NCBI GenBank assembly: GCA_036703295.1
Contig: DATNPJ010000034.1
Span: 85,482 to 149,481 of the forward strand
Origin: Coleofasciculaceae cyanobacterium
Lineage (GTDB): Bacteria > Cyanobacteriota > Vampirovibrionia > Vampirovibrionales > Vampirovibrionaceae
Direction: 5' to 3'
Length of the DNA: 64,000 nucleotides
Shown here: in pieces, positions 1 through 11,377 of the stretch
Layout: the number at the start of each line of letters is the position of its first letter
Numbering within the stretch: the stretch's first letter is position 1
The notes under the pieces: model-generated
What the model saw: the letters and a program-made list of their open reading frames with translations, nothing else
Databases searched by the model: none
Told to the model about the DNA's origin: nothing
Translations under genes and position numbers: made by a program

Positions 1-1
1 T

Positions 2-3000
2 GTGACGGGTGCGGCTGCCGAAAAACCGGATTTTCGCATGAGCATGGCCGGGCTGGCCTTCGATTTGGGCATGCATGCCGATTCCCTGACCTGGGATCAG
101 GGCTTGCCGGATGCCATGCAACGCCAGAAAGATACCCAGTTGCGCATGGCGCGGGCACTCACCAAGGTTTTTCGCGTCCCGGAGGCCATTGACCGCTTTA
201 ATCGCTTATATGAGGCGGGCCTGCTGACTGCGGACGAGAAGCTGGAATTTGCCGAATACCTGCGCATGCTGAACCTGGAAGGTGACGCCCTGCCTTCTCC
301 CAACCTCGTTGAGAATCTCTATCGCGAAGCGATGCAGGAAAACCCGCAGAGCGGGGATGCCAGCTTGCGGATGGCCCGCATGCACGCCCAGCAGGAGGGG
401 CATTACAACGATGCGGTGCAATATTATCAGCAAGCGCTCGCCAATCCGGCGCTGGGCAACCGGGAAAGCATCAAAAAGGAATACCTGGATTTCATCAAGT
501 CCGACAAAACCCAGGCCCCCGCAGCGGAGGCCCTGTTCAAGCAGATGCTGACGGAAACCCCCGATGACGCGGTGCTCAAGACCGCGTATGCCGAGTTTCT
601 CTCCTGGCAATCCGATCGCCGCCCCGAGGCGCTGCGGATATACGTTGAGCTGGGCAATGCGCAGCCGGACAGCCGGGATCTCTGGGAGACCCGCATTGAG
701 GAAGTTTTAAAGTGGCATCAGCCTACCACGGACTTGATTTCGTTGTACCAGGACATTGTCAATCTCTATCCCCAAAACAAAATGGTTTGGTGGACGGTGG
801 CTCGGGCCTATCACAGCGATAAAAACTACTACCCGGAAGCGGTGGAAACCTATGGCAAACTGGTGAAGCGCTTCCCGGACGATGCCACCATCAAGCGCGA
901 ATGGCTGGCCCTGCTGCTTTCCAACGAGCCCCGGCGCCGGGAGAATATCCGTCTGCTAGCCAAAATGGTGCAGGATGATCCCTCTGATCTGGATGTAACG
1001 GCCACCTACGGCAAGCTGCTCTCCTACGAGCACCGGCTGGGTGAGGCCATGCAGGCTTTTGAAACCGTATTGCGTCAGGACCCCGAGCACCGGGAAGCCT
1101 TGGTGGGCAAGGGGTACGTCATTCTCTGGAGCGGACGCAAGCTGGAAGCGAAGGACTACTTTGCGAACCTGCGCCGGAAGTTTCCGGATGACGTGGATAT
1201 CGCCATCGGTTTGGCCCAGAGTGAAAAGCTGATTGGCCGGTATGACCAGGCCCTCAAAATTATCCGGGAGATCAAGCCCCTGATGCAGCAGACTGCGCCG
1301 GAAATGCCGGCGTCCAGCCAGTCCGGCAGTGCTGATATACTGCCTTCCGCGTACTTGCCGGTGGCCAATGTCGAGGAAAACGGCAGCCTGCTGCAACGGC
1401 ATGCGGTATTCGATGCTTCTGTCCAGCCAATAGCGATTATCGCGCAGGCCGAGCCTGTTGAGCTGATGCTATCGGCGGAACCCGCCACGCAAGAATCATC
1501 CGCAATGCAAACATCCGAAGCGGTGCCGGCCAATCGCGCGCCGCATTCGGCGGAATTGAAATCGATCCAGTCCGAGGTGCAAGCGCTGACCGATGCGGTC
1601 AATTCTCTCAAAGCCCTCCAGGAAAGCTCCAAGTCCCAGTTGCGCAGCATCGAGCAGGCGGTAAAATCAGCTCGGGAAGTGAATACTGGCGAGGCCAGCC
1701 TGCAAACGCTGGAGGATTTCGGCTTTGCTTCCGAATCACAAGCTCCCAACCTGATGCCGTCATCTGGTTCTGGCGCTGGTATGGCTAGTCGTGGTCATTC
1801 GGTGGGCGAGAGTGGGATGCGTCCGGCTTACGGGACGTATGCGGCCTTCGATTATGATACCAACCCCTTGCTTTCCGGCTTGGGACGTTTCCGCAACGAC
1901 CAGCTCAGCGATGTGGAGAAGGGCCTGATTAACGAGCTGCGGCCCATGATGCGCGGCGGCTTTGTGTACTCCTCGCAGCAAGGCGAGAGCACGACGACCC
2001 AACTGCGGAACTATGGCTTTCCCAACCAGTTCAGCATGTCGCTGACCCCGCAAGTCCGGATTCGCGGCGGGATTGTACCTACCAAATGGTATATCCCAAA
2101 CGGGGTGTCTCCAGATGATAGCCTGGGCCTGCAATACGGCTTCGGGACCACCATCAAGTACTGGGATCGCCTGACCCTGGACGGCGACATCGCCATCACG
2201 CACTTTACGCAAAGCGGCAGCGAAAACTTGACCTACCAGACCCAGGCCGAGTTTGCCTTCAACGACGCCGTTCACGCCAAGCTGGGCGCCCGTCGGATTC
2301 CGCTCTACAACTCGTTGCTGTCAGTGGCGGGTTTGAAGCCCAGTCAAGGCGCCTTCCAGGATGAACTGGTAGGCCAGGCTCGCGAGAACGGCTTCTATGC
2401 AGAGCTGAACACCCATCCTTTCAGCCAGAACGTGGATTGGAACCTGGGATGCGAATGGGCTTTCATTGACGGCGAGCACATTCCGACCAATTACAAGAAC
2501 CAGGCCTTCACCTCGCTGGGCTATACCTGGCATCTGGGACCTCGGCACCAGTTGCGGGCGGGCTACGAGTTCCTGTACTTCGGTTACAGCAAAAACACCA
2601 CCGCCGGTTTCTTTGATACCACAGCGCTGGGCACCCAGCAGCCCGTGGCGGGCTTGCGGCCTGTGGTGCTGGCGGATCCCGGTTACGACTTCGGCGGCTA
2701 CTTTAGCCCCCAGTGGTTTGTCATGAACGCCATTCGAGCAGATCTGCGCGGTAGCCTGTTCAACAAGTTCCTGGAATACAAAGTGGGCGGCAGTCTGGGT
2801 GTCCAGAACTTTGGCTTGGGCCATGGCATTGACGATAACGGCGTAGCCACTTCATCCTTGGCCAGCGCCTTCGACGCCAACCTGATCATGAACCTGACCG
2901 ACTGGCTGGCTGCTTACGGAGAAGTCGATTTTCTGGATGCGGGCGGCCAATTCAACCGCTGGCGCTTCGGTGGCGGGCTAATCTTAAGGCCGCATATCGA

Positions 3001-3025
3001 GGCATTATCCCCCGTTTTAAAATAG
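2..3025 (+). CDS. TPR-repeat protein with C-terminal putative outer-membrane beta-barrel domain (BcsC/PgaA/PelB-like exopolysaccharide exporter architecture). The 5' end is truncated by the window edge.
   Basis: Long ORF running off the window start. The N-terminal ~400 aa contain TPR-like helical repeats (YxxAL..P spacing), followed by a low-complexity linker. The C-terminal ~350 aa are rich in alternating aromatic/Gly residues (YGFGTTIKYWDRLTLDGDIAITHF...) typical of OM beta-barrels. The family assignment is inference. Confidence 0.55.
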   Translation: MTGAAAEKPDFRMSMAGLAFDLGMHADSLTWDQGLPDAMQRQKDTQLRMARALTKVFRVPEAIDRFNRLYEAGLLTADEKLEFAEYLRMLNLEGDALPSPNLVENLYREAMQENPQSGDASLRMARMHAQQEGHYNDAVQYYQQALANPALGNRESIKKEYLDFIKSDKTQAPAAEALFKQMLTETPDDAVLKTAYAEFLSWQSDRRPEALRIYVELGNAQPDSRDLWETRIEEVLKWHQPTTDLISLYQDIVNLYPQNKMVWWTVARAYHSDKNYYPEAVETYGKLVKRFPDDATIKREWLALLLSNEPRRRENIRLLAKMVQDDPSDLDVTATYGKLLSYEHRLGEAMQAFETVLRQDPEHREALVGKGYVILWSGRKLEAKDYFANLRRKFPDDVDIAIGLAQSEKLIGRYDQALKIIREIKPLMQQTAPEMPASSQSGSADILPSAYLPVANVEENGSLLQRHAVFDASVQPIAIIAQAEPVELMLSAEPATQESSAMQTSEAVPANRAPHSAELKSIQSEVQALTDAVNSLKALQESSKSQLRSIEQAVKSAREVNTGEASLQTLEDFGFASESQAPNLMPSSGSGAGMASRGHSVGESGMRPAYGTYAAFDYDTNPLLSGLGRFRNDQLSDVEKGLINELRPMMRGGFVYSSQQGESTTTQLRNYGFPNQFSMSLTPQVRIRGGIVPTKWYIPNGVSPDDSLGLQYGFGTTIKYWDRLTLDGDIAITHFTQSGSENLTYQTQAEFAFNDAVHAKLGARRIPLYNSLLSVAGLKPSQGAFQDELVGQARENGFYAELNTHPFSQNVDWNLGCEWAFIDGEHIPTNYKNQAFTSLGYTWHLGPRHQLRAGYEFLYFGYSKNTTAGFFDTTALGTQQPVAGLRPVVLADPGYDFGGYFSPQWFVMNAIRADLRGSLFNKFLEYKVGGSLGVQNFGLGHGIDDNGVATSSLASAFDANLIMNLTDWLAAYGEVDFLDAGGQFNRWRFGGGLILRPHIEALSPVLK

Positions 3026-3110
3026 CCGGTATGTAAACCCTCTTCCCAACTGATAACTGAGCGATTTATACTGTGAGCTTGCACCGTCATGGTTATGCCC
3101 CAAGAGTCCA

Positions 3111-3434
3111 ATGAGCCCTAAACCCTTTGAAATCATGCGTTGGGAGTCTCCCAAACAGCCGGATCAGGAATTCCTGGGCCGGATGTTACAGCGGGAGGGA
3201 TTGCAGTCGGAGTCGATTGAACTGGCGGCACGGTCTCAGACCCCCGAGATGAAGTTTGACCGGATTGTGGTCATGGTCCCGGCGCTGGGACAGCTCCAGG
3301 TTTCTTTTCCCGGCTATGGCGCAATTGAGTTGGATCCCGGTGACATTCTGGAAATCAATCCGGGGGTTTTGCACGATATTATCGTGACCGGCAGCCAGCC
3401 GGCCATCATTCTACAAGCTTTCAAAAATCAGTAA
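3111..3434 (+). CDS. Small cupin-like hypothetical protein.
   Basis: 107-aa ORF. The C-terminal half has a cupin-like G-x-H/beta-rich pattern (ELDPGDILEINPGVLHDII). No closer assignment is possible from sequence alone. Confidence 0.4.
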   Translation: MSPKPFEIMRWESPKQPDQEFLGRMLQREGLQSESIELAARSQTPEMKFDRIVVMVPALGQLQVSFPGYGAIELDPGDILEINPGVLHDIIVTGSQPAIILQAFKNQ

Positions 3435-3581
3435 CATTTTGGTTGTTATATCCATCTTCCCATTTGGATTGGTCCTGCTTTTTCCTGTGAGGGGCAGAAT
3501 AAGCAAATTTTTCATATTGTCTGTTTTTATTTTGTTAGAGGCAAAAATATGTTTTGAGCTTGAGCACGTTGTGAGAGAGAG

Positions 3582-3890
3582 ATGGAGCTATTGAAGATGG
3601 CAATGAGTTTTGGGAATTCAGGTTATCAACCAGTGGCCATGTTTTTTAATACTATGAATTATCAAATGGACCAGATGAGCGCGGAATATGAAGCGCAAGA
3701 GGAAATGGAACAGGCCGTTCAGATGCAGGAAAACATGGAAAGCCAAGTGGAGGAGGTGATGGTTAAGCAATCGGAAGCTCAGCAGGGCGATAGCTCCACC
3801 GCTGTCTTTAGCCCGAATGCGAAGAGTGAAAGCGCAGCTGGCCCCTGGTCAGATCCGAACCTCGTTTATAGCTTGAACCTTCGGGGCTAA
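3582..3890 (+). CDS. Acidic Gln/Glu/Met-rich small hypothetical protein.
   Basis: 102-aa ORF with lower GC than its surroundings. It is preceded by a ~150-nt AT-rich region and followed by a hairpin terminator. Composition is strongly biased (QEEMEQAVQMQENMESQVEEVM). Confidence 0.4.
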   Translation: MELLKMAMSFGNSGYQPVAMFFNTMNYQMDQMSAEYEAQEEMEQAVQMQENMESQVEEVMVKQSEAQQGDSSTAVFSPNAKSESAAGPWSDPNLVYSLNLRG

Positions 3891-3932
3891 AGAGAATCAG
3901 CCCCAAACCACTATGAACAGTAGTCTTTCATG

Positions 3933-3960
3933 AAAAAAGGAGGGCCGAAGCCCTCCCTTT
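3933..3960. terminator. Bidirectional rho-independent terminator between the small acidic ORF (+) and glnA (-).
   Basis: The element reads AAAAAA-GGAGGGC-cgaa-GCCCTCC-TTT. It has a perfect 7-bp GC-rich stem flanked by an A-run and a T-run. Confidence 0.75.
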
Positions 3961-3979
3961 GAGTCTGTGCCGCCTGGAC

Positions 3980-5386
3980 TTAGTACTTGGCCAGGTAGCG
4001 TTCATGCTCCCAAGGAGTCACGTCGGTGCGGTAGTCATCCCACTCGACGTTTTTCGCCTTGATGAACTCTTCGAAGATGTGCTCGCCCAGGGCATCCTTG
4101 GCGACCGTGCTCTTCTTCAGCTCTTCCAGGGCTTCATACAGGCTGCCCGGCAGTGACGGGATGTTCTGCAGCTTGCGATCTTCCTCGGAAAGCTTGTAGA
4201 TGTTGGCCGTGACCGCGCTCGGGGGCTCGATTTTATTTTTCACCCCATCCAGCCCGGCCAGCAGCATGGTGGCGAAGGCCAGGTACGGGTTGGCCGCCGG
4301 ATCCGGGGAGCGCAGTTCCACACGGGTGGCGTTGCCGCGCTTGGCCGGTACGCGGAGCAGGGCGCTGCGGTTGGCAGCAGACCAAGCCACGTACACCGGA
4401 GCCTCGTAGCCGGGTACCAGGCGCTTGTAGCTGTTCACCAGCGGGTTGGTGACGGCGGTGATGCCACGAATGTTTTTCAGCAAGCCACCAATGAAGTAAT
4501 GCGCTTCTTTGGAAAGCTGGTAGTCGCCTTTTTCATCATAAAAGGCGTTACCGGCACCGATTTTGGCCAGCGACTGGTTGCAATGCATCCCGGAACCGTT
4601 GACACCGTATACCGGTTTCGGCATGAAAGATGCGTGCAGACCGTGTTTGGCCGCAATCTTGCGGGTAATCATCTTCACGGTGGTCACGTTGTCCGCCTGG
4701 GTCAGCGCATCGGCGTATTTGAAATCAATTTCATGCTGGCCAGCCGCCACTTCATGGTGATCGGCTTCCATTTCAAAGCCCAGGGCTTCCAAGGTGTCCA
4801 CGATTTCTCCGCGCACGATCTCGCCGAGGTCATCCGGGCCGATATCGTAGTAACCGGCGGTATCGTGGGTTTCGATGGTCAGGTTGCCGTCTTCATCCCG
4901 TTTGAACAGGAAGAATTCCAGTTCGGGTCCCACGTTGTAGATGTAGCCAAGCTTCTGGGCTTCCTGTAGCACGCGCTTCAGGTTGTTGCGGGGGCAGCCG
5001 TCAAACGGGGTGCCGTCCGGGTTGTAGATGTCGCAGATCACACGGGCCACGCCACGTCCGCCTTCTTCCCAGGGCATCACGGTGAAGGTGCTCAGATCCG
5101 GGTAGAAATACATGTCGGAGGTTTCGATCGTCCGGAAACCGGCGATGGAGGAGCCATCCAGCATGATTTCGTTATTCAGGGCCTTTTCCAGCTGATCGGC
5201 GTGTATCCCCATGCTTTTGGGCATGCCGTGCATATCCACGAATTGCAGGCGAACCAGCTTAACTTTCTTATCTTTGGCTTCTTTCAGGATATCGGAAACG
5301 GAACGGGTCGGACGCGCGGTCGGAACCGTAGGCGCAACGTTAGACATCTTCGATTGCTTCCTCATACTTTCGATGAAACACAACAA
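3980..5386 (-). CDS. glnA: Glutamine synthetase type I.
   Basis: 468 aa, full length. Characteristic GSI motifs are present ([29 protein letters not shown]). The ORF ends 20 nt after the hairpin terminator. Confidence 0.95.
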   Translation of the reverse strand: MLCFIESMRKQSKMSNVAPTVPTARPTRSVSDILKEAKDKKVKLVRLQFVDMHGMPKSMGIHADQLEKALNNEIMLDGSSIAGFRTIETSDMYFYPDLSTFTVMPWEEGGRGVARVICDIYNPDGTPFDGCPRNNLKRVLQEAQKLGYIYNVGPELEFFLFKRDEDGNLTIETHDTAGYYDIGPDDLGEIVRGEIVDTLEALGFEMEADHHEVAAGQHEIDFKYADALTQADNVTTVKMITRKIAAKHGLHASFMPKPVYGVNGSGMHCNQSLAKIGAGNAFYDEKGDYQLSKEAHYFIGGLLKNIRGITAVTNPLVNSYKRLVPGYEAPVYVAWSAANRSALLRVPAKRGNATRVELRSPDPAANPYLAFATMLLAGLDGVKNKIEPPSAVTANIYKLSEEDRKLQNIPSLPGSLYEALEELKKSTVAKDALGEHIFEEFIKAKNVEWDDYRTDVTPWEHERYLAKY

Positions 5387-5479
5387 TTACGTGACTAACC
5401 ATCTTTACGAAGGGATCTCCTCAGGAGTTCGCCCTTATTGTACAAGGAACACTTCTTTTTTGTCAGTTTTTTTTGCGCC

Positions 5480-6202
5480 CTAGTAGCCAATGACATGCCG
5501 CTGATCGGTAATCACGGGAAAGGGCTCGCTCTCAAAGCGGCGGCCACCGGCCAAAATAAGGATAGTCAAGCCTTTCTGATCCGCAGTGGGCCGTATTTCA
5601 GCTTTTACTCCCACCGCCCCGGCGGGTATTTTTTTGATGGGGCTGGCCGTGCCGGTGACTGCCCGGTTCTCGTCATCCAGGCTGCCTGCTTCCCGGACGG
5701 AGAATCGCAAAATGGCCTTGCTTTGCTGCATGAGCGTGACATTTTCCGGTTTGTCCGGGGTTCCGCCAGTCAGGTGGACCAGGTAGAAACCCGCCGGAAT
5801 GATGCCGGATTCCGTGCGGATAGGCAGGGGCAGGCGAAGCAAGGGGTCCAGGCTGGGCAGCGTTTGCCGTGGACCGACTTTCACGATTTGTTCTTCGGTA
5901 GGTGCGGGTCTTTTGTCTGCTTTGGGTTTTTTTGCGCCTTTTTTAAAGGGCCACAGGCCTTTCATTTTGGCTGTTGCTTCGTGGATTTTCGCATTTTCCG
6001 CCTTGGGTTTCGCGGCAGGCTGGGGTGGTTTGGGCAGGTAGGGGTAATCGACAACGGCATCCGGCCAGTCTTCATCGGCGGCTGCGGCGGGAGTGTCCCA
6101 ACCGGCTGAGTTGACCAGCATCAACGCGAAAATTAAAGTTGCAAGCACCGCGTGCCGATAAAAGAACCACCACCCCTGAAGACAGCAGGACTTTGGCATC
6201 AT
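5480..6202 (-). CDS. Secreted hypothetical protein with a Pro/Lys-rich linker.
   Basis: The ORF 5480..6277 has a plausible start at MMPKS. This gives a classic signal peptide (LATLIFALMLVNSAGW), then a PKPPQPAAKPKAENAK low-complexity segment and a C-terminal domain. The upstream part of the ORF track (AT-rich, MIMTILIKYEMY) is probably non-coding. Confidence 0.5.
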   Translation of the reverse strand: MMPKSCCLQGWWFFYRHAVLATLIFALMLVNSAGWDTPAAAADEDWPDAVVDYPYLPKPPQPAAKPKAENAKIHEATAKMKGLWPFKKGAKKPKADKRPAPTEEQIVKVGPRQTLPSLDPLLRLPLPIRTESGIIPAGFYLVHLTGGTPDKPENVTLMQQSKAILRFSVREAGSLDDENRAVTGTASPIKKIPAGAVGVKAEIRPTADQKGLTILILAGGRRFESEPFPVITDQRHVIGY

Positions 6203-6628
6203 GATGTTCGATCGGCAGAAAATCATTCTGGTCAGCACCAAGTACATCTCGTATTTTATCAATATCGTCATAATCATGGCCTTGGTCGGCGGGATTTACT
6301 ATTGGATTCAGTTGCTGATCCAGGCGGCCAAGTAGACTTTCTACTATCTTAGCGATTTTTGGGGAATTGCCATCCTGTTTCTTCAGGAACTCTGAATGAA
6401 TCTTTGGAGGCTCGCCCATGGCGAAGCCGCCGCTGGGATTTCTGCCGGTTGATCTGAATGTCCACGTCCGGGCGGGTGGGAGGCGATGGGGGTGTATTAT
6501 AATGGTCCTGTTGATGTCTGCGTGGAGACCGGCTTTCCGGGTTGCATAACGCTTCAGGGATGATCCAATGAGTCCCGAGAGCGTCCCGATGAAGCCTTTC
6601 GCCCGAACAAGAAAGCTGGATAAAAATC

Positions 6629-7930
6629 ATGCTGGATATTCGTTTGATTCGTGAAAACCCTGCCCTGGTGAACGAGGCCCTGAAGCGGCGGAACCCGGAA
6701 CTCTCCGTGGATGCCATCAGTCAGCTGGATGCCCGTCGTCTGGAACTGCTGCAAGAAGAAGAAGCCCTGCGGGGCAAGCGCAACCAGATGACCCAGGAGA
6801 TTGCCCAGTGTAAGCGGGACGGGAAGGACACCACCGAAATCCAGCAGGAAACCAAGGCGCTGGCCGAACGCATCAAGACCATCGAGCAGCAGAAGGAAGA
6901 AATCGCGGCGGAACAGAACGCCCTGCTGATGGAAATTCCCAACATGCCCTTGCCCGTGGTTCCGGTGGGTGCCAGCGAGGCGGAAAACGTGGTGGTACGC
7001 ACCTGGGGTGACGATTTTAAAAGCCGTCCCTGTTCGGAAGTGTTGCCGCATTACGAAATCGGCGTCGCGCTGGGCATGCTGGATTTTGAGCGCGGGGTAA
7101 AGATTGCCCAGTCCCGCTTTACGATCATGCGCGGGGAAGGCTCCCGCCTGGAGCGCGCGTTGATTAACTTCATGCTGGATACCCACACCGAGCACGGCTA
7201 CGAGGAAGTGTTACCGCCCTTTTTGGTAAACCGGCAGGCCATGACCGGCACCGGTCAGCTGCCCAAGTTCGAGGCCGACATGTTCAAGTGCCGGGATGAC
7301 GAGCTGTATCTCATCCCCACGGCGGAAGTGCCGGTTACCAACATGTATGCGGGCGAGATTTTAACCGAGGCCCAGCTGCCTATCACCATGGCGGCTTATA
7401 CCCCCTGTTTCCGCCGGGAGGCGGGCAGCGCGGGCAAGGATACCCGTGGGCTGATCCGCCAGCACCAGTTTGACAAAGTGGAGCTGGTGAAGCTGGTGAA
7501 ACCGGAAGAATCCGACGCGGAGCATCATAAGCTGGTGGCGGATGCCGAGCGGATTCTGCAAAAGCTGGAGTTGCCCTACCGGGTGGTGGAGCTTTGCACG
7601 GGCGATATCGGTTTTTCCGCCGCCCGCTGCTTCGATCTGGAAGTCTGGATGCCTGCCCAGGGCGTCTATCGAGAAATCTCCAGTTGCAGCACGTTTACCG
7701 ATTTCCAGGCGCGCCGAATTGGCCTGAAATACCGTAGCGAGGCCACCGGGAAACCTGCTTTCGTACACACCCTGAACGGTTCCGGTCTGGCCATCGGGCG
7801 GACGCTGGCCGCCATTCTGGAAAATTATCAAATCAGCCATCAGGAGGTGGTGATCCCCGAGGCTCTTCGGCCATACTTCAGGAATGGGGCAACCCGCCTT
7901 TCCACGGAAAAAAGCAAGGAACTGGTATGA
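6629..7930 (+). CDS. serS: Serine--tRNA ligase.
   Basis: 433 aa. It has the N-terminal coiled-coil tRNA-binding arm and class II aaRS core motifs ([39 protein letters not shown]). Confidence 0.95.
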   Translation: MLDIRLIRENPALVNEALKRRNPELSVDAISQLDARRLELLQEEEALRGKRNQMTQEIAQCKRDGKDTTEIQQETKALAERIKTIEQQKEEIAAEQNALLMEIPNMPLPVVPVGASEAENVVVRTWGDDFKSRPCSEVLPHYEIGVALGMLDFERGVKIAQSRFTIMRGEGSRLERALINFMLDTHTEHGYEEVLPPFLVNRQAMTGTGQLPKFEADMFKCRDDELYLIPTAEVPVTNMYAGEILTEAQLPITMAAYTPCFRREAGSAGKDTRGLIRQHQFDKVELVKLVKPEESDAEHHKLVADAERILQKLELPYRVVELCTGDIGFSAARCFDLEVWMPAQGVYREISSCSTFTDFQARRIGLKYRSEATGKPAFVHTLNGSGLAIGRTLAAILENYQISHQEVVIPEALRPYFRNGATRLSTEKSKELV

Positions 7931-9120
7931 GTAGCGCTGAGCCGATCCCGCCTTCCGTAGACCCTCTTGCATCCCCCCTTCCCGCCTCCGGAGCCTCTCC
8001 TGCGGAGAGCCTGGCCTCTGATGCCGGTGCCGAGCCGTTCATCGATCTGGATATCTTTCTGCGCATGGCGATTGCCCAGGGCGTTTCGGATATTCACTTG
8101 CGGGTGGGGCAATCCCCGGTGATGCGCAAGGACGGGGAGATGACCCGCACCAAGCTTCCACCGCTCAGCGAGCAGGCCATCCTGCAATTTACCAAGGGCA
8201 TTGTGTCGGAGCGGATTCTGCCGCGCATGAAAAACAAGATGGACTTCGACTTCAGCTTCCAACTGGAGAATGTGTGCCGTTTCAGGGTCAACCTGTTCTA
8301 TGAGATGGGCCATCTGGGTCTGGTGTTGCGTCTGATCCCGATGAAAATTCCCACCCTGGATGAATTGGGGCATCCCCCGGTCATTGCCCGCTTTGCCGAT
8401 TTACACAAGGGGCTGGTGCTAGTCACCGGGCCGACCGGTTCCGGCAAATCCACCACGCTGGCGGCTCTGCTGAACAGCATCAATCATCACCAGTGCCGTC
8501 ATATCGTGACGCTGGAAGATCCGGTGGAATACATGTACCAGAGCGAGCGCTCGGTGGTAACCCAGCGCCAACTAGGCCTGGATACCGACAGCTTTCCCAA
8601 CGGGATCAAGTACGCCTTGCGTCAGGATCCGGATGTGTTGCTGATTGGGGAGATGCGCGACCGGGAAACCATAATGGCTGCCTTGCACGCCGCTGAAACG
8701 GGCCACCTGGTGTTCTCCACCTTGCACACGACCGATTCCGTGCAGACCATCAACCGTATCGTGAACATGTTTGAGCCGCACGAGCGTGAGCCCATTCGCC
8801 ATCAGTTGGCTGGGGTGCTTCAGGGCACCGTTTCCCAAAGGCTGGTCAAGAAGGCGGAAGGCCGGGGCCGGATGGCAGTGGCGGAAATCATGGTGGTTTC
8901 CCCCGCGATTCGGGATTACATCATGCGGGATGAGATGGGCGAGATTTACCAGTTGCTGCAAAACGACGAATACGAGGGTGCTTGCAGCCTGAACAGCTCG
9001 CTTTACCGTGCCTGCCGGAACAATTTCATCACCCCGGAAGACGCGCTGGCGACCTCCGAGAACCCGCCCGAACTTCAGCAGATGCTGCGAGGGGCTTTCC
9101 ACGGTACTGCGGGATACTAA
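7927..9120 (+). CDS. pilT: Type IV pilus retraction ATPase PilT (twitching motility).
   Basis: Walker [15 protein letters not shown] is present, along with a PilT/PilU-type Asp box and His box. The start ATG overlaps the serS stop (ATGA). Confidence 0.85.
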   Translation: MSSAEPIPPSVDPLASPLPASGASPAESLASDAGAEPFIDLDIFLRMAIAQGVSDIHLRVGQSPVMRKDGEMTRTKLPPLSEQAILQFTKGIVSERILPRMKNKMDFDFSFQLENVCRFRVNLFYEMGHLGLVLRLIPMKIPTLDELGHPPVIARFADLHKGLVLVTGPTGSGKSTTLAALLNSINHHQCRHIVTLEDPVEYMYQSERSVVTQRQLGLDTDSFPNGIKYALRQDPDVLLIGEMRDRETIMAALHAAETGHLVFSTLHTTDSVQTINRIVNMFEPHEREPIRHQLAGVLQGTVSQRLVKKAEGRGRMAVAEIMVVSPAIRDYIMRDEMGEIYQLLQNDEYEGACSLNSSLYRACRNNFITPEDALATSENPPELQQMLRGAFHGTAGY

Positions 9121-9373
9121 GGGATGGGGTACCGCGATGGCCCATACGGCTCTTTTCAGACAAGGGTTTCCATTTCTCCGAAAAACCGCTACAATAAATA
9201 TAGTAAGCGCCCGCCTGGCATTGTGGATGCCGAGAGAGTGCCGAGCGTGATAGTGCGCTATTCATCATCATCAGAGGAATCCGAGGTGTCGTTCGTGGGC
9301 GGTCAACGCCCCGAAATCGGGAAAGTCGTTCGTTGCAGAGTTAGCAGTATATTCCGTATTAGGAGAGAAAACA

Positions 9374-11373
9374 TGGCGTGTCCACTCCAGATGAAGCGTG
9401 TCTTGTGCACTCTGGCAGCAGTCCTGCTGGTTCTTCAGTCGGGCGCGGGATTTGCCCCCGCTTGGGCCGGCGAAATCACGGCCCCTGCAAGCCAAGCGTA
9501 TACAACTGCTCCACTGGGGATTACGGGCGTTCAGCTCAGCCCGGACGGATCCAGCCTGAGCCTGGAAGCCAACCAACCCTTCACGCTGAATGAAACCCGG
9601 AACTTGTCCGTTCTCAGGCTTCCCTATCCCTATCGCATGGTGCTGGAAATCCCGAATGCGCGCCTGCTGACTGGTCAAAACGTGGTTCCTGTCAACCGAA
9701 ACGGCATTGAACGCATTGAATTCAGCGAAAGCCGCAGCCCCTTCTACAATGCGGCTCGGGCCGTCATTTACGTGACCGACGGTCAAACCCTGAGCCGCCT
9801 GAACACGGCATTTGAAGGAAATGCGCTGAGAATCGCGGGTTTTCAAGCTGTAACGCCCGCACAAAACCTGGCGAGTGTACCGAAATCCGTGGCTGGCGCG
9901 CATCGCCATGCGGCTCCGGTTCCCTCCAAAAAAGCCCAGCCGCTGCCGCCGGTGGCCAAGCCTGCTTCTGAACTTTCCCTGCATAAGGCACCGCCCCTGC
10001 CGACCGAGAAAGTACCCATGCAAGCGCCGCTGACCTTGTCCAAAACGCCACAGACCGTGCTGGGGGTTTCGGTGTTGCCGGGCACCAATCTCATTGAAGA
10101 TGTCTATTACCGCGACTTCCGCCTCTACATCAAGGGCGCCAACGGGACCGAATTACGGGTGAAAAACCGCTTCGTGCTGAATGAGCCCAACCGACTGGTG
10201 CTGGATATCGACAATGCGGTGCTGGCCAGCAAAGCCCTGATGAATCCCATCAATGGCGGAACGGACGACATTCGACAGATCCGGGTCGGACAATTTGATG
10301 ACACCACGGTGCGCATCGTCATTGAGGCCCAAGATCCCGAACTGTTCGAGAGTACGTATACGGGCAGCGATCGCAGTTTGCTGGCTATCAGCCCCTATTC
10401 GGCGGCCTCCATCACCAAGCTGTCTTCCAATACCAAGCTGGGACAAGTCGAAAGCATCGATCTCAAGCGGGAAGGCGGTGGGACGGTTCTGCGCCTGACT
10501 GCCAGCACGCCGATTGTTCACCGCTTCCTCAAACGCAACGATCAGGTCGTTCTGGATCTGCTCAACGAAGCGGCCAATCCCACGGCCATTGGCTTTGACG
10601 GTAGGTTGTATCCCGAAATCGCCAAAATGCGCTTAGAGCCTCTGGCAGCGGGCCAGCCCAACAGCAAGCTGGCCATCAGGCTGGCCGGTCCTGGTGTGCG
10701 CGTGGTGCCCACCCTCTCCGATGACGGCAAGGTGCTGGAATTATTGATCACGCCGGGCGAAAGCATGGCTGCCGCCATCGCGCCCATGATTGCCAGCATG
10801 GAATCAGCCGGCAAGGCGCCTTTCCCGGCCCGGATTGTCGTGGATGCCGGCCATGGCGGAAAAGATCACGGCGCCATCCGGGACGGAGTCCGGGAGAAGG
10901 ACCTGAACCTGTCGCTGGCGATGATGGTGAAAGACGCCTTGGAGGCCAAGGGCTTCAAGGTCTATGTGACCCGCAGCACAGACGAGTTTTTGCCGCTGCC
11001 GCAAATTACGGCCATCACCAACCGGATTCATCCGGATCTCTTCATCAGTATTCACCACAATGCCTCGGTCAACTCGGCGTTGAACGGTATTGAAACCTAT
11101 TATTACACTCCGCAGAGCGTCGCGTTGGCCCGCCGGGTGCATTCCCGAGAGATTAACAACGTGGCTGCCCGGGATGGTGGTGTAAAACGGGCCATGTTCT
11201 ACGTCATCCACCACACCGATGTCCCGGCCATCCTGTGCGAAGTGGGCTACGTGTCCAATCCCAACGAACTCTCCGATCTTCAAAGCTGGGAGCGCAAGTC
11301 AAAAACCGCTCGATCCATTGCTGACGGTGTTGTAGACTATCTGAAGTCACGCATGTCCGCAAAGGCCAAGTAG
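9374..11373 (+). CDS. amiC: N-acetylmuramoyl-L-alanine amidase with N-terminal AMIN domains (AmiC-like).
   Basis: Signal peptide MACPLQMKRVLCTLAAVLLVLQSGAG follows an AGGAG SD. Two AMIN-like beta domains and a Pro-rich linker are present. The C-terminal Amidase_3 catalytic domain carries DAGHGGKDHGA...HHNA...E motifs. The ORF track begins upstream at 9124, but the SD plus signal peptide favour 9374. Confidence 0.85.
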
Positions 11374-11377
11374 TTCC

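Noticed and set aside
5387-5480. Looked for an NtcA-type GTA-N8-TAC site upstream of glnA, as expected in Cyanobacteria.
   Set aside because: Only imperfect matches were found (GTG-N7-TAC, GTA-N8-GCG). This is not convincing by eye and needs a proper motif scan.
6072-6419. 115-aa minus-strand ORF upstream of, and overlapping, the secreted-protein gene.
   Set aside because: It overlaps the convincing signal-peptide-encoding start of the 5480..6202 gene by ~130 nt in another frame. The region is more likely the divergent promoter space between that gene and serS. A small real protein cannot be excluded, but it is unsupported.
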